From Tubulanus polymorphus (Eukaryota > Animalia > Nemertea), in the NCBI RefSeq assembly GCF_964204645.1, contig NC_134028.1, forward strand, positions 19,289,653 through 19,353,652: a stretch of 64,000 nt of DNA, read 5' to 3'. The notes beneath the pieces were generated by a model, which saw only the letters and a list, made by a program, of their open reading frames with translations, was not told where the DNA came from and did no database searches. Shown one piece after another: positions 61,008 through 64,000 of the stretch. Made by a program: the position numbers and the translations under genes. Position 1 is the first letter of the stretch. The number at the start of each line of letters is the position of its first letter.

Positions 61008-61700
61008 CATAGTTGCCACTTTTCCGGGTTTTCCCGGAATTCCGGGAATTCTTATTTGCCGATATCAATTTCCGGGAGATACACACATACATTCTAATTC
61101 ATTTGTTTCTCGTTACTTTGCCACACATTGTTGCAATTATCTATTGACTCGGCGCGCGAGTAGCCTACGGCATTCCATTCATAGAATTTGTCGACACAAG
61201 TACAATGGAGTATAAGATCGTAGAGGGATCGACGGCTGATATAAACAAAATAGATCATGGGATTAAGAATAAATTTGCCTGGTAATGGCTCGAGGAAACA
61301 GACGACCACGGCAATTTTCTCTCGGAATACATAAGAAAAATTGACTTGGCTGGGTTTGCTATCTGTACTATATGCAAAGATCGCATAAAATACGGAGCTA
61401 GCGGGAAGAAAGACTTAAAGTCGCACGCCAACAAAAAAAAGCACCGACAGATATGCGATGATCTTCGGAAAAACGAATGTTTGCCGGCTGAATTTCGTGG
61501 GCCCGTTCACGAGGATGACGACCAGACCCCTACTGCACCGTATGGTGCTGCGCCAAACGTTATGGGTGCCGATGTGCCTCAAACTAGAATCGTGCAACCA
61601 GTTATTGTGTCCAATGCAGACAGAATGTCTCATGCGGAGGCATTCACAGTATCTTTTCTAGCGGAACACTCTTTACCCCTCTCATTTTGCGAATCGCTGG
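61008..61700 (+). mobile_element. Left end and BED-finger exon of a hAT-like element
   Basis: CATAGTTGCCA followed by CCGG-rich subterminal repeats; AICTICKDRIKYGASGKKDLKSHANKKKH. Confidence 0.6.
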
Positions 61701-62809
61701 TACTGTTACAAATACTTGATGGTCTATACAATAGTCAATAAGTATACATAGCTAATATCAACTTTCTGATAACAAACAATTTAACCCGAATATCCTAAAT
61801 AATGGACATTCAGTACCTTGTATATGAGTACCAGGTTGCACTCAGTTAATTCTTAACAATTTTATTTTTTTACATTTTAATGCTAAGATAGCAATAAGTC
61901 AGTTTATGATATATTGTTTATTTGCTCATGTGATTTCTATGCGTAATTGATATTTAGATCATGTACTGTTGGCAATTTTAGATATTACCTAGGTATTCAA
62001 ATATTTTATACAACACATTTTATACCTGATAGATACTGTGACAACAGTTGATGTGAATTTACCAAATATTTTCATTTACATTGTCATCTTAAATTATTAT
62101 CTCCACATCCTTGACTGTGTTTATCCCTTTTCACTCACATATTATCTATTACACAGATAGTAACACACTTTACTTCTGTATCAGTTTAATGGGGCTCTAA
62201 GGTACTAGTTTTATAGAATTTACACAATTCCCAGGTATTGAATTGAATGACACTGGTATGTTAATAACAAAAAATGTGTATTTATCAATCAACTATATCA
62301 CCGATATATCAAGTGAATCGCTTAAGTGATAAGTGATCCTTTGTGACTACAACAACCCCATATCTGAAGTGCACACTTCATATCTCCTTCCATAACATAA
62401 GATACCTCCATAGTGTTAGCCAGGAGGCGCCGCCACCCTGTGGTGAACTAGAATACTAAAAGCTAGCAACCGGACTGTGTAGTGAAACCTACCAATTTTA
62501 TCTATTTTCATTGCAAGATGAAGATAATTATCTTGCTTCCAACCATATATACATCTTCATGCAATTACAAAATAAGGAAGTTGTTATACCCAGGAGTCCT
62601 TGTATAGCCTACATAACCCTATAGTCAAATATAATGAACTTATGATTCTGAAACATTGGCTGGGTTGTAACCAAACGGTTTTATTTTTATTAATATGATA
62701 AAATTCAGGTGAGCTATGAGACCATTGGTCCACCTAAATAATTTAACGTAATGAGGACATTGCACCATTTTAAGCTGTGCACGTGGTGTTTGTGGTTCAG
62801 GAGGGTAGC

Positions 62810-63085
62810 ACAGTGACATGGGTACATCTATGCTTAAGGCAATTTTTATTTCAATGTGCCACTGATCTGAGAAAGTCATTTTTACAGTTATTGGACCTGA
62901 AACACGGGGAATTGGAGTGGTTGGCAAATCATATTGGCCACGAAATGAATATTCACAAACAATTCTATCGTGATTCCACGGTCGAAATTGCGAAAGTGGG
63001 TTACTGCTGGCTACTGCTGGCAGTGGATTCCGGCGACATTGCTAACTTTAAAGGCATGAGCATCAACGACATAACTTTGGAAGGT
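62810..63085 (+). pseudogene. Tyrosine recombinase-like C-terminal exon (Crypton-like)
   Basis: QLLDLK.GELEWLANHIGH...IH..FYR motif with a candidate catalytic Tyr; GT donor near 63084. Confidence 0.55.
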
Positions 63086-64000
63086 ACGTAAGTTAGTTGA
63101 GTTTTTATTTGTAAGGAACCATATACTTCTAAAGCAAAATTTCTACAATTTTGAGAGCCCTCACCGTATGTCAGCAAAATCATCAATTCATAGAATGAAT
63201 AAGAGTCTAAAATTTGTTAGTGTACATACTATTTGCCTAAACCATTCTTTGTTTAAGAAATGGATGACCTGACTGTTTTATGAAATCAGTTTGACCATTG
63301 TGAATGCAATGAAAAATTATAAAACTAATGTGGAAGATGCGTGAACAAAAATGCATATTATTTCTAGACACATGCCTATACTCCCCCTGCTATTCGGTTC
63401 CCGGCATTCCGCGTTTAGAGAACTACCTCCATGGACCCCTGGTTCCATCTCCCTTACAATAATTTCTCTAATGTCTAATCTTAGAACTTGAAGATAAAGG
63501 AACTGTGGACGATGAAACTGAAGATCTTCAGGAAGAGGTTGACACAATTGATGATGCTGTTTTGAATGATGCACTTCAAGGGCCCGGTATGTACTTATTC
63601 AGTTTGATACATGATAATGCAGTCTTAAATATATCTGACAGATTTTTCCATTAGTCAATTTTTATGCAATCGGCAGCCATCATAGTCTCGTCAGTCCTCG
63701 TAGATGCGTAGATGTGTAAAAGGTTTCTTTGATGAAAATCTCCACTGATTTTAACTTTTAGTCTTGATATTTGATCATTGTCAGCATCATCATTGCAGAC
63801 ATCTTTTCACATGGAATTGGGGCTTTCCAGACTTTTGAAATCACCGCTAGGGAGAATTAAAATTGAATCATATTCAATATTACATTTATATTTGTACCTT
63901 TGCATATTTTATAAACAGTCAATTGGCTTTTGAAAATGTGTAGCTTATGACATATTCTATAATGATTGGTTTTTCGGATCAACTGGTTTGATCCTTGTGT

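Noticed and set aside
57183-61700. The two hAT fragments as one element
   Set aside because: The C-terminal part precedes the N-terminal part on the same strand, so they are separate copies or rearranged.

Overview
AT-rich eukaryotic (probably invertebrate animal) DNA made almost entirely of nested transposable elements. I recognise no ordinary host gene, rRNA, tRNA or CRISPR array. Main structures: (1) a ~6.7-kb tandem duplication (2462-9179 / 9182-15920) holding CACTA/EnSpm-like and piggyBac relics plus a piggyBac element with TTAA TSDs and 12-bp TIRs, whose first copy encodes an intact 640-aa transposase; (2) a near-intact Gypsy LTR retrotransposon (18295-23063) with an in-frame 177-bp duplication in gag; (3) a 13.8-kb Kolobok-like element (34171-47981) encoding a THAP transposase and a convergent three-exon P2X7-ballast-like (KolX) gene, into which a MULE, an ISL2EU-like THAP + SAP-SWIM-YqaJ element, Helentron-type HINEs and a Penelope end are nested; (4) five well-formed and three degenerate minimal hammerhead ribozyme motifs, most likely ends of Penelope-like elements; (5) remnants of BEL/Pao, Copia, LINE, hAT and tyrosine-recombinase elements. 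All family calls come from motif recognition by eye; no database search was run.
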